From Andalucia godoyi And28 (taxonomy: Eukaryota > Protista > Jakobida): a stretch of DNA of 64,000 nucleotides. The DNA lies in assembly GCA_009859145.1 (NCBI GenBank), contig VRVR01000030.1:115097-179096 (forward strand), written 5' to 3'. The notes beneath the pieces were generated by a model, which was not told the origin of the DNA, searched no databases, and saw only the letters and a list, made by a program, of their open reading frames with translations. Position 1 is the first letter of the stretch; each line of letters starts with the position of its first letter. The position numbers and the translations under genes are program-made. Positions 12,476-24,400 of the stretch are shown here, piece by piece.

Positions 12476-12916
12476 ATGATGTTGAGATACACAGCGCGTC
12501 GATTTTTCGCGAGTGGCTCTGCGTCTGCTACGTCGTCGTCTGGGGCTGGCAGCGCAGGGGGTGGAGGTGGTTCCTCCTCCAAGGCTTCGAAGAAGGGCGG
12601 TGAGGGTGGTGGTGACACTCGGTTTGGGCTTTTACGCAAGACGCTTGAGCTGAGCGAGTATGTGGAAACGCGGACTGCAGATGAGTTTGCATCGGATGCA
12701 AAGGCTGCAAAAGAGTGGACCCGGGAAAGATCAAGGGCGTATATGAACCGCAGGAAAGAAGAAGGGGAAAAATTGAAAATGAAGATCGAGGCAGTCGAAA
12801 AGCTCCCCGAACCTTTCCGATCCCTCGCGAAAAAGGACAACCATGCCGTGTTTCCTGCCAATAAACACGTATGGACCCTTACGCCGCCCATCGCTGGCTT
12901 CCGAGAACAATTATAA
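12476..12916 (+). CDS. Mitochondrial ribosomal protein mL40-like
   Basis: ATG at 12476 gives an Arg-rich targeting-like N-terminus; EAVEKLPE..FPA..TLTPPI C-terminal motif. Confidence 0.6.
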   Translation: MMLRYTARRFFASGSASATSSSGAGSAGGGGGSSSKASKKGGEGGGDTRFGLLRKTLELSEYVETRTADEFASDAKAAKEWTRERSRAYMNRRKEEGEKLKMKIEAVEKLPEPFRSLAKKDNHAVFPANKHVWTLTPPIAGFREQL

Positions 12917-13296
12917 ACTAATTAAACATTTTAAAAAATTCAATGTTTTAAATAACAATTTTAATTTAATTATTTTCTATATATATTAAAAACAGGGTAT
13001 CGTACTGTTGTTCTTCTCTACCCCATTGTTGTTGTTGCATCAGCATGTTTTTGTCTTTCCTCAGCGGTCCCCCCTCAGTTTGACGGCTGTAGGCACCCGC
13101 GCAAAAACATGCTCCAAAGACTTGGGAAACTGTATTGTATTTATCAAGTCCTCTTTTTCATTTTTCTTTAAACGCGTTTAATATTAACTTTTAACTTTTT
13201 AATAATTCTCTTATTGCTTCTTTTTCCTTCACCGAACGAAGGGTTTTTTCTGCATTCTTTTTGTGGGGGAGAGCGGTTGCTGAGAAGGAAGGGAAA

Positions 13297-13721
13297 ATGT
13301 CCAGTAGAGTATGTGCTTCTTCGATCTAATCAAAGCGCTCTTGCATATTTACTTGTTGTTTTTAATTTTATTTACTTATTTTTTGAATTGGCTTTTTTTT
13401 ATTTTAATTTTGAGTAAACTGCAGTTGCTGCGAAACCAGCTTCGATCGTCCGAGTCGTTTCTTGGAGTGTCGACCAAGAAGCTGAAGAAAAGGAATTCAA
13501 AGCCGCTAATTCCGGTCGCTGTTGCCACCGCGGATCTCGTCAAGGCACAAGAAGAGTCTCGACAAGCGACTGTGGAGAGAAACATTGACATTCTCAAGAA
13601 AACTGCAATCCGACCGAAGCAGGCGCCTGCTGTGGAATCGGTTCTTCAAGGCATCCTAAAGGCAAAGTCAGGGCCTCTTGCCAAACCCCGAAAGTCGCAC
13701 AAGAAGAACAAGAAGCACTGA
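13297..13721 (+). CDS. Small basic nucleolar protein, AROS/RPS19BP1-like; exons 13297-13308 and 13425-13721
   Basis: ATG TCC AGT AGA|GTATGT..CTGCAG|TTG gives MSSRLLRNQL..; Lys-rich C-terminus. Confidence 0.45.
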
Positions 13722-13790
13722 TCACATTGAGTTCTTCTGTCCCCTTCCGTGTTCCGTACTCCTTGTTTCATGCTCCTTTGGTGTCAGGTG

Positions 13791-14957
13791 TCAAGATTTT
13801 TTTCTCGCCTCCTGTTCTCTAGATTGGGCCCTGCGAACTGCGCGAGTCAGAAACGGCAGTGTAAGCGTTCGCACTGGCTGCACTTTGAGTCCACTTTTAA
13901 TCTCTGCTCGGCACTGCTCAATCATCTTGCTGTCGAATCTTCGCTGCGTCTTGAACAAATTAGACTCATAAATCGACCCGTAAAACGTATTCAATCGAAT
14001 AAACTCGTCGTCGTTACTGACGTTGTTGCCGGCGTCGGCGTCGGCGTCGGCATTGTCGCTTCCTCCTTCTGGTTTTCTGCTATTTTGAACACTTGGCGCA
14101 TTCGACGTTGTCCCGCGTCTGCTCATCTTCTTTGCTGGTTTTCTTCTCCAAAACAGCACTTTGGATTCGTTGGGCTGCATATTCTCGACTTGGAGCACAT
14201 TGAACTCGACCAGCAAGGCCGGTGGATCATCGACTTGCAGACTTCCCGTCTGCGACTCGCGCTTTTTGGATGCTCTGCGACGCTTCTGCTTCTGCTTGAC
14301 CTCCAAACGATCACTGGACATCGGGGAGTTGCTGCTTTTTCTTCGTTTTCGCCGAACCGTGGACTCATACACGACAAACTCGGATTCGATGTACGGTTTC
14401 AACGTCTTTCGAGGCCGTCGCAGTTCAGTCCGTTTGCCCCTGTCTGACGCAACAGCACCGCCACCATTAAAGGTGTTATTATCATCATCGGCGTCGTCGT
14501 CGTCATCATCATCATCATCATCATCATCGCCATTGTCATCATTATCAATGATTTCAGACGAACGAACAGCAATCGGAATGGAAACAACAGAATCATCCGC
14601 GATGGGAAACAAACGAGGCCTCAAAGTTGGCGATGACAACGATGGTGATTTGGAAAATGCAGAAGGTTGCTGAGAAACGGAAAACGCCTCTTCTGCTTCT
14701 TCTTCAATATCAGATGCACCCGAGACAATCGACATTGCATCATCATCACCAACGTCATCGACATCCTCAAGACTGTTTGCTTCCATTATGCGACGATGGG
14801 GATGGAAACTGCTGCTGATGTTGCTGATTGTTGGAGCTGCTTCTTGTGATGTGTGTGGAGTGGTGGCCGTTGGTGGCGCAGCAGGCTTCCTTAGCATGGA
14901 ATTGAACAGAGTATCAAACATGGATCGCACATTCTGAGACGCCGACGGATCCGACAT
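13791..14957 (-). CDS. Hypothetical acidic/basic low-complexity protein
   Basis: 388 aa ATG ORF with poly-Asp tract and basic clusters; no family recognised. Confidence 0.6.
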   Translation of the reverse strand: MSDPSASQNVRSMFDTLFNSMLRKPAAPPTATTPHTSQEAAPTISNISSSFHPHRRIMEANSLEDVDDVGDDDAMSIVSGASDIEEEAEEAFSVSQQPSAFSKSPSLSSPTLRPRLFPIADDSVVSIPIAVRSSEIIDNDDNGDDDDDDDDDDDDADDDNNTFNGGGAVASDRGKRTELRRPRKTLKPYIESEFVVYESTVRRKRRKSSNSPMSSDRLEVKQKQKRRRASKKRESQTGSLQVDDPPALLVEFNVLQVENMQPNESKVLFWRRKPAKKMSRRGTTSNAPSVQNSRKPEGGSDNADADADAGNNVSNDDEFIRLNTFYGSIYESNLFKTQRRFDSKMIEQCRAEIKSGLKVQPVRTLTLPFLTRAVRRAQSREQEARKKS

Positions 14958-15307
14958 TCTTCTTCTTCTTCTTCTTCTTCTTCTTTCCTTCTTACGATTC
15001 TTATTTTTGCAAACGTCACAAAATCCCCTAAAGGCATGAATCTCTCCTTACATCCAAATGAATCAAATATAATTGCTTTTGTACGCGTAAGTGTGTATGT
15101 GTGTGCGTGTACTTGTCTCCTCGTCTCTTGTCTCTTGTCTCCTCGTGAAGTTCTGGATCGTTCGCTTCTGTTGACGTGTTCAAATCTCGATGCAATATCT
15201 CGGATCTCCATTGAAACAGACTTGGGAGCGGACAATAAAGCGGGGTGAAAAGAGAGCGGGAGTTCGCACTACAGTCGGTGACAGTAATCACGACTGTTGT
15301 TCAGCGT

Positions 15308-16036
15308 TCACGCTGTCTTCTGCAATGCGGCCTGAATGAACCGTCGTTCCATGTTGAGCTCCAGCTTGCGATTGACGAGTTCTTTTCCGACCAATTCGCA
15401 GCTGAGAACAACGAACCCGGCATCTGCTGCAAGCTGCTGGATCTTCTCTTTTGAAAAAAAGTACGATCGAGTTCCATCTTCTCTGTACACCGACCCGGAC
15501 TCGTCTTCTTCCAAAAAATCTCCTTCCTTGAAATCCCCAACACAGTAGTCTCGAAAGAACAACACGCCTCCCACTTCCAAAATTTCCCATATTTGTCGCA
15601 GCGCACCTCCCATATCCGGCACCTTGATGGCAGACAGCACAAAAATCAGCGTGGCAAAGTGGGCGCGGGAGGCGGAAAGACTGGTCCTTTTCAGATTCTC
15701 GAGTGGAAACGCAACGGACGCTCCATCCGACAGAAGTGAGTGCACAAAGAAGAAGCAGCGGTCTTTGAGTTGGGACATGCGCGGGTCGTTTTGACACAGA
15801 CGGATCGCAGAGAGCGCATAGTCGAATCCAACGACGTGCAGATCAGGATTCGATTCCAGCAGCGTAAAGGCTGTCGCCCCGGCTCCACAGCCGCACTCGA
15901 CGAGCAGACGGGGTGTCCCTCTGGTTGCCTCCGGGCTTAATAACGGCCATTCGCGACTCAGGTAATGCCGGTCCTTGAAAAATGTGCGACCATGCATATT
16001 GTAAAATCGGTGCCACATCTTCCCACTCTTGTCCAC
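15308..16036 (-). CDS. tRNA m3C methyltransferase, METTL6/METTL2-like (5' exon unresolved)
   Basis: FFKDRHYL, ECGCGAG, LIFVLSAI, FRDY, DGTRSYFFS, NRK..M.RRFIQ motifs. Confidence 0.85.
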   Translation of the reverse strand: MDKSGKMWHRFYNMHGRTFFKDRHYLSREWPLLSPEATRGTPRLLVECGCGAGATAFTLLESNPDLHVVGFDYALSAIRLCQNDPRMSQLKDRCFFFVHSLLSDGASVAFPLENLKRTSLSASRAHFATLIFVLSAIKVPDMGGALRQIWEILEVGGVLFFRDYCVGDFKEGDFLEEDESGSVYREDGTRSYFFSKEKIQQLAADAGFVVLSCELVGKELVNRKLELNMERRFIQAALQKTA

Positions 16037-16623
16037 TTCTCATCCAAACCCAACATCCCCCAAAACCGCAAAACCGCAAAAATGAAACAATGACAAGTGA
16101 AATTAGGCTTTTGTCCAAACAAGAAATGGAAAGAATGAAGAGAATGGGAAAATGAAACGAGAGTGTCGGAAATAGAATGGGCGGTTTAAAATATGAAAAA
16201 TAATAATAAAAACTATAAACAAAAAGAAAGGGGCTGCATACATTTCCAATTATCAACAGTCATGGATCGTGCGGATATCAGACCGAGTGCATAAGGTCTA
16301 TAGTCCTTCACAAACGGTTCACTTGGATTCATCTTCTCCCCTTCCTTGCTCGATTGTTCCATTCCTCAGAACAGACAGCAACGAGGAAAATGCAACGCAC
16401 GAAAGACTGCGAATCCGGCAACAAATCTCCAAAAGGCAAACAAAGGGAATTGCGCGAATCGGTTGTAGTAGATTGTCTTTTCGCTTGTCTGTTTGGTTGG
16501 GTTTTAGTTTTTCCAAGCGCATTTTTTCCATCCATTGTTTCAAAATATCATTTCTTTTAATTGTGTGCGACGTACTCATTCAGCGCTTTCAAATAAGAAG
16601 AAGGAGAAAAAGAAGAAAGAAGA

Positions 16624-17128
16624 ATGTCCGGTCCGATTGAAAATGACGAGATTATGGTGACGCAAGATGCAAAGGTAGAGTTTGTACCCGGTTCGGAAGA
16701 AACTTGTGCGACTCTCTCGATCCGAAACGAAGACCACACAATGGGAAATGCTATTCGATATATTCTCATGAAGAAGTATGGCTTTTTGGTTTTTCTATCT
16801 TCTTCCTTTCTGTCCGTGTGTCCGTGTATGTGAGTTGTTATTGGATGGAATGCTAATTGGAATGAATGCGCCGCATTTTGGAAATGAAATGTGCTTTGGG
16901 AACACGTGTGTGATTGTTAATAGTCCTGATGTTGAGTTTGCGGGATATGCAATTCCTCATCCGCTGGAAGCGAAGCTGCATTTGAGAGTCCAGACGTACG
17001 ATGTGCCAGTGAAGACTGCTGTCCAAGATGGGCTTTCCTCCCTCATGGAGATTTCCAAGCATATTCAGAGTGCCTTTGAGGATGCAATTGAAAAGTTCGA
17101 AGACTCCAAGATGGATTTGGATGCCTGA
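16624..17128 (+). CDS. POLR1D: RNA polymerase I/III shared subunit AC19 (RPAC2); exons 16624-16775 and 16924-17128
   Basis: Spliced [31 protein letters not shown]. Confidence 0.9.
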
Positions 17129-17345
17129 GCGAAGGAAACCGCGAGCTCTGACCGCACCGATCGCTGTGACTCTTTCTCCCCCTTTTTTCTTCTTCATGTG
17201 ATGTAAATACTACCGTTTTCTCTTTCTTCTTTGCTGTCTTTTCTCGTGTGATACAAGGGTTGCGCAGAAGGAGATCGAGGAGTAAGAAAATGTTCTCACT
17301 CTTCTTATTATCAAGTTTTCATTATTTCGACGATGCGGTGGTAGG

Positions 17346-17930
17346 CTACAGACCCGGGGCAGAATTGACGATTCGCGGAAGGAAATAGTAGAACCGTGCA
17401 AAGAGATGGGCAAGGTTAGCGGCAATGTTGATGTACAGAGGCCAAGTTTGGATTCTCGGAAGCGATGTAAGGTAGGAGCTGAGTGCGATGGACACGGCAC
17501 AACCAAGGTTTCGCAGCTGCGATTCTCTTCGTTTGAGCAAGTACGCAGAGACAAAGAAGAAGACAGATTGCAGGGTGGCTCTGAGCACAGCATTGTACAA
17601 GATGATGGGAGTTTCAGAAGCGACGCGTTTTCGATCGAGCAGCACGCGTCGAAACGTCACTGCTTGGTACTTGTACTGAAGATCGGAAGACAAGCGATAT
17701 GCGAAGAGAAAGCACGCACACATGACATTGGTTGAAATGACCGCACGCTTTGAAAATCGAAGGAACCATAGACCCTTGTCAACCTCGAGATTCTCAATCA
17801 TCGTTCGCAACTCGGTGATTTCGGATTTGAGCTTATGGATTTGATGCAGCAAAAACTCCTCATTCGGCGTCATTTCGCTACATGGCGCATCACCAGTCAT
17901 GAAAAACGACGACGACTTGCTGCGCTTCAT
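17346..17930 (-). CDS. Hypothetical membrane protein with short coiled coil
   Basis: 194 aa ATG ORF with several hydrophobic helices. Confidence 0.55.
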   Translation of the reverse strand: MKRSKSSSFFMTGDAPCSEMTPNEEFLLHQIHKLKSEITELRTMIENLEVDKGLWFLRFSKRAVISTNVMCACFLFAYRLSSDLQYKYQAVTFRRVLLDRKRVASETPIILYNAVLRATLQSVFFFVSAYLLKRRESQLRNLGCAVSIALSSYLTSLPRIQTWPLYINIAANLAHLFARFYYFLPRIVNSAPGL

Positions 17931-18305
17931 TCTATCTCTTGTCTCTCTCTCTCTCTCTCTCTCGCTCGCTCGCTCGCTCGCTCGTTCTATGTGTGTATGT
18001 GGCCCCGGCTACCTTTCGCCCATCCGACGCAAAAAGTCAAAGCACACAGAGGACTGTTCGAGAATGCAATCAACGAAGCACGGGTAAATGTCCGATCGTA
18101 GTGTCTCTCTCAGCTTCTACGACCGTGAAGCAGCCCTCTTGTTTTTTGGTTTTCTTTTTGTTTTGGCTTGGTTTGTTTTCAGGGTTTTCGCCATTCGCGG
18201 GAACCTCACTTTTATCCGTCTCCTTACATTCTAATCCGAGAGAATGGACTGCAGTGCCACTTTGGAGAAAGGAGAAAAAAACAGGAAAAGGAAGAAGGGA
18301 AAGCA

Positions 18306-19250
18306 ATGGAAGGAGAAGATGTTGAGTATTTTCATTCGTACACAAATGTGACAGTTCATGAGACTATGCTTCGAGACCAGGCACGAAACAATGCGTATCT
18401 GCAAGCGATCCTTTCCAACAAGGCGGATTTCCAGGACAAGGTAGTTCTTGATGTTGGCTGTGGTTCTGGCATTTTGTCAATGTTTGCTGCTCGACACGGA
18501 GGCGCTCGTAAGGTGTATGCTGTTGAAGCAACGGCGATTGCGTCGTTGGCGCTGGAAATCGTGTCACAAAACGGACTTGATGATGTGATTCAGGTGATCC
18601 AAGGCCGAATTGAAGATGTTGTGCTGGACGAGCAGGTCGATGTGATCATTTCGGAATGGATGGGCTTCTACCTCGTGCATGAAAACATGCTTCCGAGCGT
18701 GATCTACGCACGAGACCACTTTCTCAAGCAAGGCGGAGCACTGTATCCGTCAAAAGCGGTGCTGTTCTGTGCGCCGGTTGATTTGGAACAGGTCTTCCAA
18801 GAAAAGATTTACTTTTGGAAAGACGTTGCTGGATTTGACATGAGTCCGTTTGTGCAGCATGCCGTTGAATCTCTGACCTCCCAACCACTAATTAAAGAGC
18901 TGGAAGGCTCAGCGCTGCGAGGCACTCCGCAAGTTGTGGATACATTCGATTTGAGAACGGTCACGCTGGAGGACGTGGAGCTTATTTCATCCAACGTCGC
19001 CTTGCATGTTTTCTACCCAACTGTCATCCACGGCGTGTCCTTTTGGTTTGAGGTCCAGTTCGAGGGATCTCAGAACACTGTTACATTGTCAACAGACCCC
19101 GGATCGCCCGCGACTCATTGGAAGCAGACAACAATTGTGTTCCCGCGAGCAGTGGAGCTGGAGCCGTCGCAAACCGTGGTCGCAAAGATTGAAATTGCGC
19201 TCTGCGAAGAGGAAACTCGTGGCTACACGCTCTCTCTGGAATTAGAATAA
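18306..19250 (+). CDS. Protein arginine N-methyltransferase (PRMT1/6-like)
   Basis: YFHSY, HETMLRD, VLDVGCGSGILS, VDVIISEWMGF, THWKQT. Confidence 0.92.
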   Translation: MEGEDVEYFHSYTNVTVHETMLRDQARNNAYLQAILSNKADFQDKVVLDVGCGSGILSMFAARHGGARKVYAVEATAIASLALEIVSQNGLDDVIQVIQGRIEDVVLDEQVDVIISEWMGFYLVHENMLPSVIYARDHFLKQGGALYPSKAVLFCAPVDLEQVFQEKIYFWKDVAGFDMSPFVQHAVESLTSQPLIKELEGSALRGTPQVVDTFDLRTVTLEDVELISSNVALHVFYPTVIHGVSFWFEVQFEGSQNTVTLSTDPGSPATHWKQTTIVFPRAVELEPSQTVVAKIEIALCEEETRGYTLSLELE

Positions 19251-19376
19251 ACTAAAGAACAGCAACAACCAGAAGATGGGACGGATCGAGACGGATTGAA
19301 ATTCGCATAGATCGCTGCTTGAAATAAAATTTAAAATAAAATAAAAAAAAAAAAAAAAAGCAGTCGGAAGAGGAAT

Positions 19377-21014
19377 TCACTGAGATGGCTTGAAGAGATG
19401 ATTCAGCGCATCGAAAAGGCCTGTAACACTTTTGGCATAGGCAGACGCTCCATAACGAAGAACCTCTTCTTTTCGTAGTTCTGTGTCTTGCGGGTGGGAA
19501 TAGACAATGACGGGAGCTCGTTTTGACGGATCCACCGACTTGTGAAGGGCCTTGAGCAAGTCAAACACAAACGGTCTCTTTCCTTCTCGAAACCCGTAGT
19601 TGCAGATGATCACGTCGTATGCCGGTTGCGATTTGTTGTTCAAGGCCCGTAAAAACCCGTCAATCGTAAGGCATCTGTGAACGACGAGCGAAGGAGTCTC
19701 TATCCTTCTCTCAAATGCTTCTCCGTCAAACACCGTCACAGAAGCTTCATCGGTCCGCGGAGGAGAGTCTGCAAACGGCGCAATTTGACGCTTCATTGGC
19801 GGAGACAGCGTCCCAACGGATCGGACTGCCATCCTCTCGCGGTTCAATTCCAAAATGCGAGACGTCGGCGACTGCCAGATTTCATCGTCTTCCTCTTTTT
19901 CATACAAATATACTGCGAGGTGCATCGAGGGAACAAGGTCCCCAAGACCGTTCGCCGTGTCGTAGAAGGGATCAATGCATAAGAACCGCCGTCGATGCAG
20001 CATTGCCCCTAGACTCACCCATGGGTTGGTTCGGTTACGAATGATCCACATGTACCGCTCATTTCCTGAAAAATCTGTGTTGCCCTTGGTATTCCACGGA
20101 AGAAAATGCACACCTTCGTGCACTCGAAAGAATTCAGCATCCTCTTCGGATTTGTCCATGACAATCGCATACGCCAGTGGAAGTCCCGACGTATTGAGTG
20201 GTCTCAGTACCGACAACACCTCGGATCGCAACTGATTCAAGTACTGGTCTGAAAACGAAAAGCCCATGTACAGCACCGTGTAGACCGACATCAGTGACCG
20301 CAAGAATGTTGCATAACCCGGTACCAGATTGAGCAGCTTCCGGTAGGCTTGCCGCGTGCACACCAACGAATTCGCGTTTGAAATACGGCCATGCAGTTGC
20401 AATATTGGGGCAACTGCCGGGACATCTTTTCCCGACTGGTTTCGGTCAAATACTCTCAAGTCCCACGCAAACGGGTCTTCCGTCGACGTCACCGTAGGTT
20501 GGCGCAGAATCTGCTCAACGGGCCTCGCTCCCAGATCCGACGATACGACTCCCGGAAGCAATTCGTCAAAGTTCGTCGTCAATATTGCGCGAAACGGAAG
20601 CGATTTCAACAAGCACAACCGTCGGTACATTTCATCCGGAAGCGGCTCAGGAGGCTTCATAATCTCCAGCAACGTGTCTGCAATGTACTTGATCGACAGC
20701 AAGTCTTCCAGAAACTGCATCGCCTGATCCAAATCAGAGCCGGATCCGCGGCTCATTACTAGGCGTTCAACAAACTGAAACTGAGAGGACGTCAGTCTTG
20801 ACTCCGCAAACGCCCGGTTTGCAATTCTCATAATCAGCTCTTTCCAAGTCGGCATATTCGCTGCCGCCGAAAATCCAGCTCCAAGAAACGCTATCACACG
20901 GCCAGCTTTCATTTCATCAATGAGATGCTGCGGTACAGACAGCTTCATCCCTGCGTGTCCCGGAAGCATTCCATCTGCACTGTTCGCAGTACCCGAAATC
21001 GAACAACTGCTCAT
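19377..21014 (-). CDS. SIR2_2-family (defence-type) sirtuin-like protein with C-terminal receiver-like domain
   Basis: FLGAGFS..MPTW, ILTTNFD, QLHG, YMGFSFSD; C-terminal YDVIICN..DLLKAL..PVIVYS..LRYGASAY. Confidence 0.8.
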   Translation of the reverse strand: MSSCSISGTANSADGMLPGHAGMKLSVPQHLIDEMKAGRVIAFLGAGFSAAANMPTWKELIMRIANRAFAESRLTSSQFQFVERLVMSRGSGSDLDQAMQFLEDLLSIKYIADTLLEIMKPPEPLPDEMYRRLCLLKSLPFRAILTTNFDELLPGVVSSDLGARPVEQILRQPTVTSTEDPFAWDLRVFDRNQSGKDVPAVAPILQLHGRISNANSLVCTRQAYRKLLNLVPGYATFLRSLMSVYTVLYMGFSFSDQYLNQLRSEVLSVLRPLNTSGLPLAYAIVMDKSEEDAEFFRVHEGVHFLPWNTKGNTDFSGNERYMWIIRNRTNPWVSLGAMLHRRRFLCIDPFYDTANGLGDLVPSMHLAVYLYEKEEDDEIWQSPTSRILELNRERMAVRSVGTLSPPMKRQIAPFADSPPRTDEASVTVFDGEAFERRIETPSLVVHRCLTIDGFLRALNNKSQPAYDVIICNYGFREGKRPFVFDLLKALHKSVDPSKRAPVIVYSHPQDTELRKEEVLRYGASAYAKSVTGLFDALNHLFKPSQ

Positions 21015-21436
21015 ATTTCTTGACGTCTTTCATGCGCAGTGTTTTCTATTTTTCGTGTGTCTGTCTCTGTATGTGTCTCTGTATGTGTCTCTGTATGTGT
21101 ATGCATTTGTAATTCGAAAGAGCACGCAGATTGTCGGCGTTTTTTTTTTCCCGGCTGTTCAAAAAGACTCGCGTTAAATAGCCTCAAGCAAGGCCTAATG
21201 TTCAAGTTTTTAATTTTCAGAGAAAGCTTTGTGACTCTTCCAATCTCAGACTGCCTGGCTCTCGTAGGTCTTCAGTGTTTGTGTGTATGTTTTTTGTTTT
21301 TGTTTTTGTTTTTGTTTTTTCTGCTTCTGTGCTTTCGTTGCTTCTTCGAACAGCAATGTTGCAAAGAAAGAGTGTGTGAGTTTCTGCAGAGCTGTGTTGT
21401 CTGTTATTTTTTTTATTTTTTTCATTTGGTGGAAGA

Positions 21437-24400
21437 ATGGCGTCGTCAGAGGATACATTGATGCAGGGTCCGTCGGGGGAAATAGTACCGCTGGCGTCGA
21501 TTTGTCATCACTGTCGAAGAGAAATGTCGTGTTTGGAACCAAATACGCCACATCGATTGGAATTTTGGGATAGCCTTGTCCAACTTTGCACGCTGCAATC
21601 GGAGACTCTTGTATGCATTGTTGAGTTGTGTTGTTGTTTTTTTGTTTTTTTCTTTTTTCTTTTTGGATATGTCTTCTTTTTGGAAATCTTTTTCTTTCAT
21701 TTCAATTAACCTTGTCGTCTGCTGAGTGTAGAGTATGGGGAACCGAAAGTTCCATGTTCCGTCGAACCAGCTTTGGGACTTCGATCTTTTTTCATTTGTT
21801 TCTGCGGGTCAGCAATCGTCATTGAGAATCTACACGACTGCCAAAGGATCGGAAAGATCGAATTTGCTTCGAGAATTCATTGATTCAAAATTCATTGAAT
21901 CGAGTTTGTTGGATGACGACGAAACGAACGTTTCTGTCTCGTGGTGTCTTTTGATCGTGATGGGCTATTACATTCGACACAGAAAGCCAGTACATCCGGT
22001 CCTCAAGGAAAAGAACATCATCGCAAGAATTGTGCAGTGCATGCGCAATTCGCATTCGGACCTGGCGAAGTCGGTTCTGATTGCCGAGTTGTTCACCACG
22101 CTGCTGATGGGCGCCAGTAGTTCCGAGCGGTGGCTTCGACAAGTATTCGAGTCGCTTTTCTGTGATTCGACGCTGAAGCCTACTCCGTGGGAATGGATCC
22201 CTGCTGGATTGCGTCTGTCCTCCACGTTCCGTTCAGAACTGCATATTGTGCTTCTCAAGCGCATTGCGCGTTTCCTGGTTGAACTGTCAGCCTCGGGGGA
22301 ATCGCTATTCCGTCAACTCAGCACCTCGCAGATATACGTGGAATTGGTGGAGGCTACTTTGTATCTGGAGAACAGCCTCCTGGCGTCAGGAAATCTGAGC
22401 ATTTCGGAAGGAAAGACTTTCGAGGTCTTGGTGGGCAAAAAGATGCAGTCCTTGCAGAAAGTGCCATCGACCGATGTCTTCCAAGCTTGGCATATTACCC
22501 AAGCGCTTCCTACCATGGAGTATATGGAAAGCCTTGTTTCGGGAGCGTATTACCTGCCTTTCAATCACATTTCATATTCGTCTTTTGAAGATTATTTGAC
22601 CCGGTGTTTTTCGCTGCTCAAGGCATCAGTTTGTTTGCAAATCTGGAACCGACTAAGAACTGCGCCGGAAACCAGCTTCTCGACTGCGAGTAGCGGATTC
22701 TTTTGTTTTGATCCCGTGGGAGATGATCTGGAGGCTTCGGATCGCGTGGCTCTCATGCTGGTGTTTGAGGACACTCCTACCTGCCGGATAGTACGACATC
22801 TTCAGAGTGTGACGATCCCAAAGAACACGCGAGAGCTTGTACAAAATGTCCCCGGTTCCGTACTGTTTCTTCTTTCTCCAATGGAGTGTGTCTTTATGAG
22901 TGTTCTTGCATCGGTGGTTTCCTTGAATGCTTCGATGAACCCTGCATGGACGTCTGTGCTGCTGGGTACATATCAAACGGGGGTGACATTCACGAGAATT
23001 GCGCAAAGCTCCATTCTTTCCGATTTTTCAAATGTAATTGGTCTCCCAGATGAGCTGTTTCCTGATTGTCAAGCCGTGGTGTCTCATTTCCAGGAATCCG
23101 GCGCTTCCTTCCAGCTGATCCTTACAGAAAAGTGGAGATCTAGCATTGAATTTGCTGTTCCTCCTTTTCGTGTTGAAAGAACTCCACGTCATGCGTCGTC
23201 TCTGCTTGTCAATCGACTTTACAAGGAACAGCAAGATGCTGCAGTGTCGTGTCTGTTTTCGCCTCTGACTATCGTTGTGGGCCCGCCTGGCACTGGGAAG
23301 ACCCATACTTCTGTGTCTGCTGTGTCGTTGCTCATTCAGAACTGCTCGCGAACTCAGAATGAAAAGATACTGGTCGTCGCGCATTCGAATTCGGCAGTCG
23401 ATCAGCTGTTGGAACGCCTTGCCGTTCTTGGAGCAAAATGCCATCGAATGGGTGGCCAAAGCAAATCGTCCATCTCCCAGGAACACACAACAGGTGGCAA
23501 GTACGCGAGAGTGTTCAGAGATTTGCAGGTCTTGGTCAAAGCTCTTTTTGCGGATTTACCGGTTGCTCTTCACAAAACCTCCGCTGTTTGCCTTCTCTTT
23601 CAGGATGTCGATCCCGTTGTCGAAAAACTGATTGCAGACGGACCATCTGCATCACCATTCAAGTATCGGGACAGCCTAAAGAGTCTCACGTCATGGATTT
23701 TGTCTGTAGTTCGGGCCGGCACCGACCCGGCAGCAGTCATTTCGTCGACAGACGATGTTCTTGGGCAGTACATGTCGCGGAACTCTGTGGTATGGATGAA
23801 GTTTCGCAGCATTGTGGAATACTGCATTGCGTACCAGCATGTCATATGCGCGAATTCAAAGCGCATCCTGGACCAATATTTTGTGCGGGAATCCGATGTG
23901 ATCTGCCTGACGTTGTCGGGCGTCAGCATTTTGGTGCCTTGGTTTCTTGAACTCGGGATATCTCCGTTTGCTATTTTGCTCGAGGAAGCAGCAAAAATTC
24001 TGGAAGTGGAATGCTTGCCGTTGTTCCAGCTTGCGCCGCGCAGGCTCATTCTCATCGGCGATGATCTGCAGCTCGCGCCCCTTGTAGAGGACGACCGGCT
24101 GAGGTACGAGTGCCACTTCAGTCGCAGCCTTTTTGAACGGCTCCGGCATTTGCAAACGCGCGTACATGTACTGAATCGCCAAGCTCGTGCTCACACAACG
24201 CTGTGCAATCTGTATCGGTGGAGATACGAGGAGGAATTTGCAGAAAGACAGCTGGAATTTCGGGATCTGGTTGTTCATCCGCAACAAGCTACCTTGAAAA
24301 ATGATGTTCCATGTCTGGTGTATCGCTCTCAATTTGTTCATGTTTTTAGAGCGATGGCTGTTGTGGGAGAGGGCGAGAGTGCAGAAGAGAACGATGTGGA

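Noticed and set aside
13060-13110. GGGTGCCTACAGCC on the minus strand resembling the module core
   Set aside because: Lacks GGCGTGTT, the C-run, TGCAA and the terminal motif
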